Shown: in pieces, positions 1-8,410 of the stretch | How the letters are laid out: the number at the start of each line of letters is the position of its first letter | Numbering within the stretch: position 1 is the first letter of the stretch | Assembly (NCBI GenBank): GCA_031402225.1 | Contig: JANNSD010000037.1 | Location: 15,283 to 79,282 of the forward strand | Reading direction: 5' to 3' | Length of the DNA: 64,000 nucleotides | DNA from: Gemmatimonadota bacterium | Lineage (GTDB): Bacteria > Gemmatimonadota > Gemmatimonadetes > Gemmatimonadales > GWC2-71-9 | Program-made: the position numbers and the translations under genes | Notes under the pieces: model-generated | The model's input: the letters and a program-made list of their open reading frames with translations, nothing else | The model's database searches: none | What the model was told of the DNA's origin: nothing

Positions 1-690
1 GATGCCGGGCAGGATGTGCGATGCGGACTCGAGCGCCTGGTTCGGGTCGCGCGCGAGGATTTCCTCGAAGACTGACCGGTAGAACACAAAATGCCGCGCC
101 TCGTCCTGTGCCACTTCGGCGAGGATGGCCGAGAGGCCGGGCTCATACTCGGCGGCGACGCGGCCGGTTTCGGCGTGGGAGTGCTGCGTGGCCCGCTCCT
201 GCACCGTGGTGTAGGCGAAGACGCGATAGGGATCCCGGTCCCACGAGGGATGGAACCCGGCCCGGATGTACTCGAACTGCATCTCCTCGAACTTCCGCTG
301 GTCCAGGATCTGGGTGTCGCGGGTGTAGTCGTGCAGCACCTGCCCGTGCCGGTCTTCCTCCGCGGTCCAGAGGTTGTTCCAGAGCCGCCAGTAGCTGTCA
401 TCCTCGAGATAGACGGCCAGCAGGCGATGAAAATGGGGCAGGCCTTCCTCGGTGAGCGTGTTGACGGCCAAGGCGGCCCGCACGGCGTCGGGAATGCCCT
501 GCGCGCGTACGCGGAGCTCCCGCAGGTGGGTCTCGCTGCAGCCACCCTCGGCGAGACCCATCAGGTCGGCCGGCATCCACAGCACGCGCTTACGCTCGTG
601 CGTCGCCATCATTTCGCGTACGGTGGACTCAAGATCTTTGAGGACTTCGAACTTCGAAAGAAGTTCGCGCGCCGGGTCGGTGAGACTCAT
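1..690 (-). CDS. Soluble acyl-ACP desaturase (di-iron, FA_desaturase_2 type); C-terminal part lies beyond the window edge
   Basis: Absent from the ORF track because it has no stop inside the window. My translation of the minus strand from ATG 690-688 reads MSLTDPARELLSKFEV...WRLWNNLWTAEEDRHGQVLHDY...VQERATQHSH...EVAQDEARHFVFY. The two ExxH di-iron motifs (AEEDRHG, QDEARH) are the hallmark of soluble acyl-ACP desaturases. Plus-strand ORFs 21..455 and 91..705 are its shadows. Confidence 0.85.
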   Translation of the reverse strand, partial: MSLTDPARELLSKFEVLKDLESTVREMMATHERKRVLWMPADLMGLAEGGCSETHLRELRVRAQGIPDAVRAALAVNTLTEEGLPHFHRLLAVYLEDDSYWRLWNNLWTAEEDRHGQVLHDYTRDTQILDQRKFEEMQFEYIRAGFHPSWDRDPYRVFAYTTVQERATQHSHAETGRVAAEYEPGLSAILAEVAQDEARHFVFYRSVFEEILARDPNQALESASHILPGI

Positions 691-748
691 GTCACCTTCG
701 AGTAGATATTGATACGGCGGTCACGGCCCAGCGGGGAATTATAGCGGC

Positions 749-1174
749 TCACTCCGGCAGGCGCTTCTCCAGCAGCGTCCATGAACCCTCGTTCATGTAG
801 CGGGTTCGGCGCACGACCACCGTCCAGCCGAGCGCGCCCAGCAAGCCTTCCGCGCGATCGTCGTCGGTCCAGAACTCCGCCAGGTGCGCCCCTTCGGCGG
901 CGGCACGCTCTTCGTACGCGGCGAGCAGCCGATGGGCATGGCCCTGCTTCCGGTAGGGCTCGGCGACCACCAGGTCGAGCAGGTGGGCCACCCCGCCGCG
1001 CACGTAATAGCGGAGCCCGCCGATCCAGTCGCCAATGGCGTCGGTCAGGCCGATGTACCGATCCTCGAACCCGGTGGGCAGGCCGGCCTCTTCCGCCTCA
1101 CGTTCCAGCAACTCCGTGAGCCACGCGGCAAAGTCCTCGTCCTGGTCCATGGTGCTGATCTTGACCTCGGGCAT
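749..1174 (-). CDS. GNAT family N-acetyltransferase
   Basis: Track ORF 749..1240. I moved the start to the internal ATG 1174 (MPEVKISTMDQ...) because a GGAGG lies just upstream (cctcc at 1181-1185 on +). The segment LLDLVVAEPYRKQGHAHRLLAAYEERAAAEGA resembles the GNAT acetyl-CoA binding core. Confidence 0.7.
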   Translation of the reverse strand: MPEVKISTMDQDEDFAAWLTELLEREAEEAGLPTGFEDRYIGLTDAIGDWIGGLRYYVRGGVAHLLDLVVAEPYRKQGHAHRLLAAYEERAAAEGAHLAEFWTDDDRAEGLLGALGWTVVVRRTRYMNEGSWTLLEKRLPE

Positions 1175-1483
1175 CTTGTTCCTCCCTCGGGTCGGCCTCC
1201 GCGAGGCCGGTGCGCTCGGAGGCAGCAACTCGGGTGCCACCTGCGCGCCCGCAGACTCGCCTGCCGTCAGTGCAGCCTAACTGCCGGCCTGTCCGCCGGT
1301 TGCTTTCTGGAATGTGCCGGGAGCCCAGTGGGGAAATGATACCCGGGTGGGACGCCGCAGTGCCGCGGAATGGCGATCCAGCGGCTGGCGGCGCCAATCG
1401 CCAGTGCCCGGTCAGGGCCACCCCCGCCATATATTCCGTCCGGTGCGCTCCCCGCGCAACATCCTGCTCCAGCACGAGGCAAC

Positions 1484-3082
1484 ATGGCATTCGCCACCCG
1501 GTATGACGCGGTGATCGTGGGCAGCGGGCACAACGGCCTGGTGGCCGCCGCGTACCTGGCCAACGCCGGCCAGTCGGTGCTGGTCCTGGAACGGAACGAC
1601 TGGATTGGCGGTGCCACGGCCTCGCATCGGGTCTTCCCCGACTACGACGCCTGGCTTTCCCGGTATGCCTACCTGATCAGCATGCTCCCGGCGGTGATCC
1701 TCGACGAGCTGGGCGTTCAATTCGAGACTCGCCGCCGTTCCATTGCCTCGTTCACGGCGTACGAGCGGGATGGCGCGCCGCGCGGACTCGTGCTGTCGAA
1801 TGTCGACGAAGCGCGCTCGAAGGCATCGGTGCGCGAGCTGACCGGTGGCGACCGCGCCTGGGATGGGTATCAGGCGCTGCTCCGGCTCGAGGGCGCCATG
1901 GCGGCGCAGGCGTGGCCCAGCCTGCTGCAACCGATTCGCTCTCGCGGGTACTGGGCGGACCGGTTCACGGCCAGCGCGCTGGAGCGTGAGGCATGGGAGA
2001 GCTTCGTCGAGCGGCCACTGGGCGAAGTGATCGAGCGCCACGTGCAGGACGATGTGTTGCGCGGGCTGCTCCTCACGGATGGCAAGATCGGCGTCTTCGG
2101 CAATGCGCACGACCCCTCACTCATCCAGAACCGATGCTTCCTCTATCACGTCATCGGACAGGGCACGGGTGAATGGAGGGTGCCCGTCGGGGGGATGCGC
2201 ACCCTGGTGGATGGCCTGGTGACGCGGGCAACCGATGGTCACGCCAGGATCGAGAAGAACTGCCAGGTGCTCGGCGTGCACGACCTGGGAAAGCGGCACG
2301 CCGTGGTCTTCGAGCAGGGAGGGCATGAGGAGACGGTGGACGCCGACCGGGTGCTGGTGAACGCCGGTCCGTGCACCTTCGCGAAGCTGTTCGGGCGCCA
2401 GTACGCGCCCATCGCGACCGACGAGGGCTCGGTGATGAAGGTGAACATGCTGCTGCACCGCCTGCCCCGGCTCAGGGCGCCGGGTATCACGCCGGCGGAA
2501 GCGTTCGCGGGATCGTTCCATGTGGACGAGGGCTATGCCGCCATGGAGACCAGCTATCGGCAGGCGGAGGCCGGCGGATTGCCCGACCTGCCACCCTTCG
2601 AGACCTACTGCCACACACTGACGGACGACTCGATCCTGTCGCCGGCGCTGCGGGCTGATGGGTACCAGACACTGACACTGTTCGGCCTCGATGCGCCCTA
2701 CCGCGCGTTCACGAAGGATGGCGAGGACCGGAAAGCGGAAATGCAGCGGCGCTACCTCGCGGCGCTCAACCGGATCACCGCCGAGCCGTTCGAGGATTGC
2801 CTCGCGCGCGACAGCAAGGGCGGGTTCTGCATCGAGATCAAGTCGCCACAGGACCTCGAACAGGAGCTCGACCTCGACCAGGGCAACATCTTTCACAACT
2901 CGCTGAGCTGGTTCTTCACCGATGATCCGGAGGAGGACGGCACCTGGGGCGTGGAGACGGACATGCGCGGCGTGTATCGCTGCGGATCGTCGGCGTTGCG
3001 GGGCGGGGCGGTGAGCGGGGTGCCGGGATTCCTGGTGGCGCGGAAGATCTTCGAGGAGGATCGGGTGCTCGTCCCAGGGTGA
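1484..3082 (+). CDS. Phytoene-desaturase (CrtI/CrtD)-family NAD(P)/FAD-dependent oxidoreductase, substrate unknown
   Basis: Track ORF 1370..3082. I moved the start to ATG 1484, with GAGG 5-8 nt upstream. The N-terminus MAFATRYDAVIVGSGHNGLVAAAYLANAGQSVLVLE is a GxGxxG dinucleotide-binding fold. The 532-aa length is typical of the family. Confidence 0.75.
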   Translation: MAFATRYDAVIVGSGHNGLVAAAYLANAGQSVLVLERNDWIGGATASHRVFPDYDAWLSRYAYLISMLPAVILDELGVQFETRRRSIASFTAYERDGAPRGLVLSNVDEARSKASVRELTGGDRAWDGYQALLRLEGAMAAQAWPSLLQPIRSRGYWADRFTASALEREAWESFVERPLGEVIERHVQDDVLRGLLLTDGKIGVFGNAHDPSLIQNRCFLYHVIGQGTGEWRVPVGGMRTLVDGLVTRATDGHARIEKNCQVLGVHDLGKRHAVVFEQGGHEETVDADRVLVNAGPCTFAKLFGRQYAPIATDEGSVMKVNMLLHRLPRLRAPGITPAEAFAGSFHVDEGYAAMETSYRQAEAGGLPDLPPFETYCHTLTDDSILSPALRADGYQTLTLFGLDAPYRAFTKDGEDRKAEMQRRYLAALNRITAEPFEDCLARDSKGGFCIEIKSPQDLEQELDLDQGNIFHNSLSWFFTDDPEEDGTWGVETDMRGVYRCGSSALRGGAVSGVPGFLVARKIFEEDRVLVPG

Positions 3083-3094
3083 CGCGGGTCCTCC

Positions 3095-4717
3095 TCAGGC
3101 GATGGTCGGCCTGAACGTTGGCGCGCGCCTTGCTTTGGTGGCTTGCTCGAAGGCGAACCCGTACCGCAGCATCAGTCCCTCGCTCCACGCCGGACCCATG
3201 AAGGACAGCCCCACCGGCAGCCCGTCCACGAACCCTGCGGGCACCGTGATGTGCGGATAGCCCGCAACCGCCGCGGGGGTCGAGCTGTCGCCCGCCACGT
3301 TCCAGTGATCGCCGTTCACCAGGTCGGTCGTCCATGCGGGGCCGCCCGTGGGACAGACAATGGCATCGATCCGGTATCGCTTGAGCGTCGCATCGATGCC
3401 TTCCGCCCGCGCGAGCCGCCGGCAGTCCGCCAGCGCCTTGCGGTATGTCGGCTCCGTCAGGGGGCCCTTCGCCTGCGCCTTCTCAAACGTCTCCTGCCCG
3501 AACCACTGCATCTCCCTCGCTGCGTTTGCCGTGTTGAACTCGATCAGGTCGGCCAGCGTGTGATACTTCGTGGTGTTGCCGCGCCCGTTGAGGTATCGGT
3601 TGATGCCATCCTTGAACTCGTAGAGCAGCACCTCGAACTCGGGTGCGCCAAGCCGCGGTACCGTCACGATGTCCACCGGATCGACCAGCACGGCGCCGGC
3701 ATCGCGCAGCGCCGCCAGCGTGTCCTCCATCAACTGGTCCAGCGCCGGCAGTCCGCCGAAGTAGCGTCGGATGACCCCAAGGCGCGCACCGCCCAGGCCT
3801 CCCGACGACAGGAAGGAGGTGAAGTCGGTGGCACCACCACTGGGCGCGGAGGCGGTAGCGGGATCCGCCGGATCGACGCCGACCATGGCGTTGAGCAGGA
3901 TCGCGCAGTCGCGGACGGTGCGGGCCATCGGGCCGGCGGTATCCTGGCTGGCAGAGATCGGGATGATGCCGGTGCGACTCACCAGGCCCACGGTGGGCTT
4001 GAGGCCCACGAGCCCGTTCGCGGTGCTGGGGCACACCACCGAGCCATCTGTCTCCGTGCCGACACCCACCATGGCGAAGTTGGCGCTGATCGCGGCGCCG
4101 GTGCCGGAGCTCGACCCACATGGGTTGCGGTCGAGCACGTAGGGATTGCGCGTCTGGCCGCCACGCCCGCTCCATCCGCTGGTGGAGTGCGTGGAGCGGA
4201 AGTTTGCCCATTCGCTGCAGTTGGTCTTGCCCAGGATGACCGCACCCGCCGCGCGCAAGCGCGCCGCGACGGACGCGTCGCGTGGGGCCGGCATGTCCGC
4301 GAGGGCCCATGATCCCGCGCTCGTACGCATCCGGTCGCCGGTATCGATGTTGTCCTTGAGCACGATGGGCACCCCGTGAAGCGGACCGCGCAGCCTGCCC
4401 GCCTTGCGCTCCTCGTCGAGCCGACCGGCCACCGCGAGGGCTTCGGGATTGACCTCGATGACCGAATTGACCGAGGGGCCCGAGTGATCGATCGCCGCGA
4501 TGCGATCGAGGTACCGCTGCGTGATCGCAGCCGACGTGACCTCTCCCGCCGCCATCCCTTCCTGCAACCGGGCAATCGTGCCCTCCTCGAGTTCGAAGAC
4601 CGCCTGCGAGACCGAGGAAGGCTGCGGCGGCTCCGGCCGACAGGCGCCGAGCTGCGAAGCCACCGCGGCGGCGGCGCCGCTGGCCAGGAACGCGCGCCGG
4701 TCCACGGTATCGCTCAC
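3095..4717 (-). CDS. Amidase-signature family amidase, Tat-exported lipoprotein
   Basis: 540 aa. Amidase-signature elements GKTNCSEWANF and CGSSSGTGAAISA are present. The N-terminus SDTVDRRAFLASGAAAAVASQLGAC combines a twin-arginine motif (RRxFL) with a lipobox (LGAC). Confidence 0.85.
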   Translation of the reverse strand: MSDTVDRRAFLASGAAAAVASQLGACRPEPPQPSSVSQAVFELEEGTIARLQEGMAAGEVTSAAITQRYLDRIAAIDHSGPSVNSVIEVNPEALAVAGRLDEERKAGRLRGPLHGVPIVLKDNIDTGDRMRTSAGSWALADMPAPRDASVAARLRAAGAVILGKTNCSEWANFRSTHSTSGWSGRGGQTRNPYVLDRNPCGSSSGTGAAISANFAMVGVGTETDGSVVCPSTANGLVGLKPTVGLVSRTGIIPISASQDTAGPMARTVRDCAILLNAMVGVDPADPATASAPSGGATDFTSFLSSGGLGGARLGVIRRYFGGLPALDQLMEDTLAALRDAGAVLVDPVDIVTVPRLGAPEFEVLLYEFKDGINRYLNGRGNTTKYHTLADLIEFNTANAAREMQWFGQETFEKAQAKGPLTEPTYRKALADCRRLARAEGIDATLKRYRIDAIVCPTGGPAWTTDLVNGDHWNVAGDSSTPAAVAGYPHITVPAGFVDGLPVGLSFMGPAWSEGLMLRYGFAFEQATKARRAPTFRPTIA

Positions 4718-4718
4718 G

Positions 4719-6071
4719 CTAGTGCCATCCGATCGCGACCGCGACGACCAGGGCGACGCAGCCGAATGCCGCCAGGATCAGGCAGCGCGGCAACGCCCAC
4801 TTGAACCAGTCGTCGAAGCGCACCCCGGCGATGGCCAGCAGCGCCAGCAGCGATCCATTGGTGGGAAAGAGGAGGTCGAATGTGCCATTGCCAAGCTGGT
4901 AGGCCAGCACCGTCACCTGACGGGAGAGCCCGATGAGGTCGGATACCGGGGCAAGGATGGGCATGGTCAGTACCGCCTGGCCGCTGGTGCTCGGGACTGG
5001 AATGTGAATGAGCGCCTGGGCGAAGAACATCGCGAGTGCGGAGAGCGTCACCGGCAGGCCCTCGATCGGCGTCACGATGGCGTGCACCAGCGAGTCGACG
5101 ACCCGGCCCTGGTCGAGCACCACGAAGATGCTGCGCGCCACGCCGACCAGCAGCGCGCTGAACGTCATGTCCCGCGCACCGGCGACCATGGCTTCCGCGG
5201 TGCCCGTGAACCCCAGGCCCCCAATGGCGCCGGCGGCCATCCCCATGATCAGGAACAGCGTCGCCAGCCGGTCGAAGTCCCATCCCCACCGCTGGGCCCC
5301 GATGACGAAGAACAGGAACATGAGCGCAATGACGGCGATGACCAGCACATGCCGCAGCGTCAGGTGCTGGTCGCGCTCGTCGCTCACCACGGTCGCCACT
5401 GGCGGGTTGGCGTGGCGCGCCGCGTAGCGGGTGATGCTCCAGAGCCAGTAGCCGGTGGCGATGGCGAGGATCACGGTGCGGAACTCCCAGCCCGACCCGA
5501 TCGGCACCTGGGCCACCTTCTGCGCGATCGTCACCATGAAGGGATCGACCGGCGAGAAGGCGGCGGCGATGGCGGCGGTACCCAGGCTCATCGCCACGGC
5601 CATCAGCGGCGGCAGCCCGAGTGAGGCACAGATGAGGAGCAGGAGCGGGGCAAAGGCGACCAGCTCCTCCGACATCTGCATCAGTGCGCCACCGGCGGCA
5701 AACGCCAGCCCCACGACCGGGATGACGAGCACCCCGCGGTCCTTCAATCGGCGGGCCAGCGCGTCCACCAGGCGACGCAGCGCCCCGGTGCGATCAACGA
5801 CGGTGAAGGCGCCGCCGGAAAGGAAAATCAGGAAAATGACGCTGGCCGCGTCGATGAGACCCTTCGGCACCGCGACGAGGGTTTGGAACAGCCCGACCGG
5901 TGCCGGGTCTACCCGGTGGTAGGTACCCGGGACGACGACGGCACGACCGGTGGCCGGGTCGTCGACCCGATCGTACACCCCGGCGGGCACAATCCAGGTG
6001 AGGGCGGCGGCGACGGCCACGCAGCCCAGCAGCAGCACCAGCGGGTGAGGGAACGCGAAGCGCGGCGTCAC
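4719..6071 (-). CDS. YfcC/DcuC-like family membrane transporter
   Basis: 450-aa polytopic protein. Its start FAFPHPLVLLLGCVAVAAALTWIVPAGVYD matches the conserved YfcC N-terminus. Gaps of 1 nt to both neighbours (6073/6071 and 4719/4717) indicate a single operon. Confidence 0.75.
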   Translation of the reverse strand: MTPRFAFPHPLVLLLGCVAVAAALTWIVPAGVYDRVDDPATGRAVVVPGTYHRVDPAPVGLFQTLVAVPKGLIDAASVIFLIFLSGGAFTVVDRTGALRRLVDALARRLKDRGVLVIPVVGLAFAAGGALMQMSEELVAFAPLLLLICASLGLPPLMAVAMSLGTAAIAAAFSPVDPFMVTIAQKVAQVPIGSGWEFRTVILAIATGYWLWSITRYAARHANPPVATVVSDERDQHLTLRHVLVIAVIALMFLFFVIGAQRWGWDFDRLATLFLIMGMAAGAIGGLGFTGTAEAMVAGARDMTFSALLVGVARSIFVVLDQGRVVDSLVHAIVTPIEGLPVTLSALAMFFAQALIHIPVPSTSGQAVLTMPILAPVSDLIGLSRQVTVLAYQLGNGTFDLLFPTNGSLLALLAIAGVRFDDWFKWALPRCLILAAFGCVALVVAVAIGWH

Positions 6072-6072
6072 C

Positions 6073-6342
6073 TCAGAGCGTCTTGCACTCGGTCCTGGCG
6101 GGCGGCGTGTTGCTGCAGGCGATCGACTCGTTCATGCCGCTCGTGATCGGGCCGCAAGCGGTGGTCTGCGCCTGCTGGGTGGCATCCTGCTGCGAGGCCG
6201 CCGACGCCGTGGCGGTGCCGCTCCGCCCCAGGTAGGTGACGCTCACCGTGCAGGCATACTTCTGCGACGTCAGCGTGCCGTAGAGGAGGAAGGCGCCGAA
6301 CACGACGACGACGCCAATGGTGATCAGCGTGCTGCGTTTCAC
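6073..6342 (-). CDS. Small membrane-anchored Cys-rich protein (hypothetical)
   Basis: 89 aa with one N-terminal TM helix (LITIGVVVVFGAFLLYG) followed by 4 Cys. It is the first gene of the YfcC/amidase operon. I recognise no family. Confidence 0.55.
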   Translation of the reverse strand: MKRSTLITIGVVVVFGAFLLYGTLTSQKYACTVSVTYLGRSGTATASAASQQDATQQAQTTACGPITSGMNESIACSNTPPARTECKTL

Positions 6343-6375
6343 GAGAGCTCCGGAGGTCGAGTGTATTTTTCTGGC

Positions 6376-6936
6376 ATGATCCCGCGTCCCCTGTTTCTCA
6401 CCGCCCTGGGCGGGTTGCTCCTGCTGCCACCGTCGGCCGACCCGGGGGTGGCGCGCGGTACGGCGGAAAGCGTCACGATCTCCCAGCCGGTGCTGGACTC
6501 GATGAATGTCATTTTCGGGGAATCGAACCGCAACTGGGACACGCAGCAGGACCTGAACACCATGGAGCGGATGCTGGGCACCGTGCGGCCGACCCAGAAG
6601 GAATATCTCGGCTGCCTGCAGGGAATGGTGGGCGACGCGTCAGTGACCGTGAACGGCTTCCTTCCCGCCCGGAACATGCGGCAGTTACCGATGGCCGTGA
6701 CCGGCACCTGTGATTCGTTGCCCCGCGTGATCGGCAGCTGGCACACGCACCCGTATCATGCGGACCCCGACAACCGCGCGCTCAAGAGTCGCGAACTGTC
6801 GCCGCAGGACCTGGCCACATTCGCCGCCGGCAGTGATCGCGTGATGATCGTTGTGTGGGACCAGGATTCGCTCGATGCCGCAGTCAAGGCACCCGACGGC
6901 ACCATCATCCACCCGGCCAAGGTCGAGATTCGATGA
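6376..6936 (+). CDS. Exported JAB/MPN(JAMM)-like putative metalloprotease
   Basis: Track ORF 6361..6936 (GTG). I prefer ATG 6376 (MIPRPLFLTALGGLLLLPPSA, signal-like). JAMM-type elements are E in KEYLGCLQG, HxH in GSWHTHP and SxxD in LSPQD. Confidence 0.55.
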   Translation: MIPRPLFLTALGGLLLLPPSADPGVARGTAESVTISQPVLDSMNVIFGESNRNWDTQQDLNTMERMLGTVRPTQKEYLGCLQGMVGDASVTVNGFLPARNMRQLPMAVTGTCDSLPRVIGSWHTHPYHADPDNRALKSRELSPQDLATFAAGSDRVMIVVWDQDSLDAAVKAPDGTIIHPAKVEIR

Positions 6937-6948
6937 CCCGCCCGGGCG

Positions 6949-7332
6949 TCAGCTCGCCGCCTTCGGCAGGCCCGGCGTATCCTGCGGTGCCTTGCCGTCG
7001 GCGATCGGGAGCACCGCCGTACGCCATCCGCTCTTGAACCGGACGGTCAGGAAGTAGGCCAGGGTGTCGGCCCTGATGTCCACCACGTCGGGCATCGTCT
7101 TCGCGAAGGCCACGGCGGTGCCCATCTGGACCGCAAACTCGCCCGGCTTGTTGCCGTCGTACGCCTGCCCGAGCGCCCGGCCTATGGCGATCTTCTGGGC
7201 CTGTTCGGGGCCGTAGCTGGCAAACTGGTCGGCCGCCATCATGCCCTTCTGGTCGGCCAGCTTGTCGTATCGATCGTAGGTCGGGCAGCCGGCCAGGGCG
7301 ACGGCGGCGAGACATGTCAGGAGACAGCGCAT
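6949..7332 (-). CDS. Small lipoprotein (hypothetical)
   Basis: Track ORF 6949..7518. I moved the start to ATG 7332, which gives MRCLLTCLAAVALAGC (lipobox LAGC). The upstream 62 codons are Arg/Pro-rich shadow sequence. Confidence 0.6.
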   Translation of the reverse strand: MRCLLTCLAAVALAGCPTYDRYDKLADQKGMMAADQFASYGPEQAQKIAIGRALGQAYDGNKPGEFAVQMGTAVAFAKTMPDVVDIRADTLAYFLTVRFKSGWRTAVLPIADGKAPQDTPGLPKAAS

Positions 7333-7411
7333 GAAGCAGTCCGGGTTCCGAGTCTGGTGGCAAGGCGTTCCGGGCGGCGCCCGGTGCGGCGTCAAGTATC
7401 TCCAACGAACA

Positions 7412-8410
7412 GTGTACACGCAAACCGGACCCTGGGTCCGGTTGGTCGCGGTGTTCTGCGCCCTCGCCGGCACGACCCCGGGGCCAGTGGCCGGGCAGGC
7501 GCTGGGCGGACCCCTCATCGTCTACAACGCCGGAAGCCTGGCCCGCCCGTTCCGGGAACTGCTGGACAGTTTCCGGATCCGTCATCCCGGCGTGATACCG
7601 GCCCAGGAAAACTCCGGCAGCCTCGAGGCGGCGCGCAAGCTGACCGAGCTCGGCAAGGTGCCGGATGTGCTCGCCGTGGCCGACTACAATATCATCGAAG
7701 ACCTGCTGATGCCGACGTACGCCGCCTGGTACGCGAACTTCGCCCGCAACACCATGGTGCTCGCCTATACCGACCGGTCGATCGACGCGGCCACGATCGA
7801 CAGCACCAACTGGTGGCGGGTCCTGCTCAAGCCGGGCGTGCGCGCCGGACACTCCGACCCCGCGCTCGACCCGAACGGCTATCGCACCCTGATTGTGCTG
7901 CAGCTTGCGGAACGCTACTACCGTCAGCCGGGCCTGGCGCAGCGGCTCGACGCCGCCATGCCGCCCCGGTACCAGCGGCCGAAGGAGGCGGACCTGACGG
8001 CGCTGCTCCAGGCCGGCGAGCTGGACTACGCCTGGACCTATCGGTCGCTGGCGGAAACGAGCGGGCTCCGGTACGTGACGCTGCCGCGGGCGATCGACCT
8101 GGGCGATCCCGCGCTCGCGAAGGAGTACGAGGCCGCCACGGTTCGCATCCCCGGTGCCAATCGGAGCGGGGGTGACTCCCTGACACTTCGCGGTGAGCCG
8201 ATCGTCTATGCCCTGACGATTCCCATCGGGGCACCGCATCCGGCCCTCGCGACGGCGTTCGTCCGCTTTGCGCTGTCGGCGGAGGGGCGGGCCATCATCC
8301 AGCGAAACGGCTTCGTCGTGCTGTCCCCGCCCATGGTCGCCGGCACGCCACCGGCGGGCCTCCTGCCGATGTATACTCCCAGCCCACCTCCAGCCGGGTC
8401 CCGTCTATGA
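7412..8410 (+). CDS. Periplasmic molybdate/tungstate-type (WtpA/ModA-like) substrate-binding protein
   Basis: Track ORF 7331..8410. The core IVYNAGSLARPF...ENSGSLEAARKLTELGKVPDVLAVADY...FARNTMVLAYT resembles WtpA/ModA-type PBPs. The start is uncertain. I prefer GTG 7412 (signal VRLVAVFCALAG...PVAG/Q) over ATG 7331, which would overlap the divergent lipoprotein start. No permease or ATPase genes are adjacent. Confidence 0.6.
   Translation: MYTQTGPWVRLVAVFCALAGTTPGPVAGQALGGPLIVYNAGSLARPFRELLDSFRIRHPGVIPAQENSGSLEAARKLTELGKVPDVLAVADYNIIEDLLMPTYAAWYANFARNTMVLAYTDRSIDAATIDSTNWWRVLLKPGVRAGHSDPALDPNGYRTLIVLQLAERYYRQPGLAQRLDAAMPPRYQRPKEADLTALLQAGELDYAWTYRSLAETSGLRYVTLPRAIDLGDPALAKEYEAATVRIPGANRSGGDSLTLRGEPIVYALTIPIGAPHPALATAFVRFALSAEGRAIIQRNGFVVLSPPMVAGTPPAGLLPMYTPSPPPAGSRL

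Noticed and set aside
7330-7333. Back-to-back overlapping divergent ATGs (lipoprotein ATG 7332 on minus, ORF ATG 7331 on plus)
   Set aside because: Two divergent genes with overlapping start codons would have no promoter space. The plus-strand gene more likely starts at GTG 7412, just before its signal peptide.
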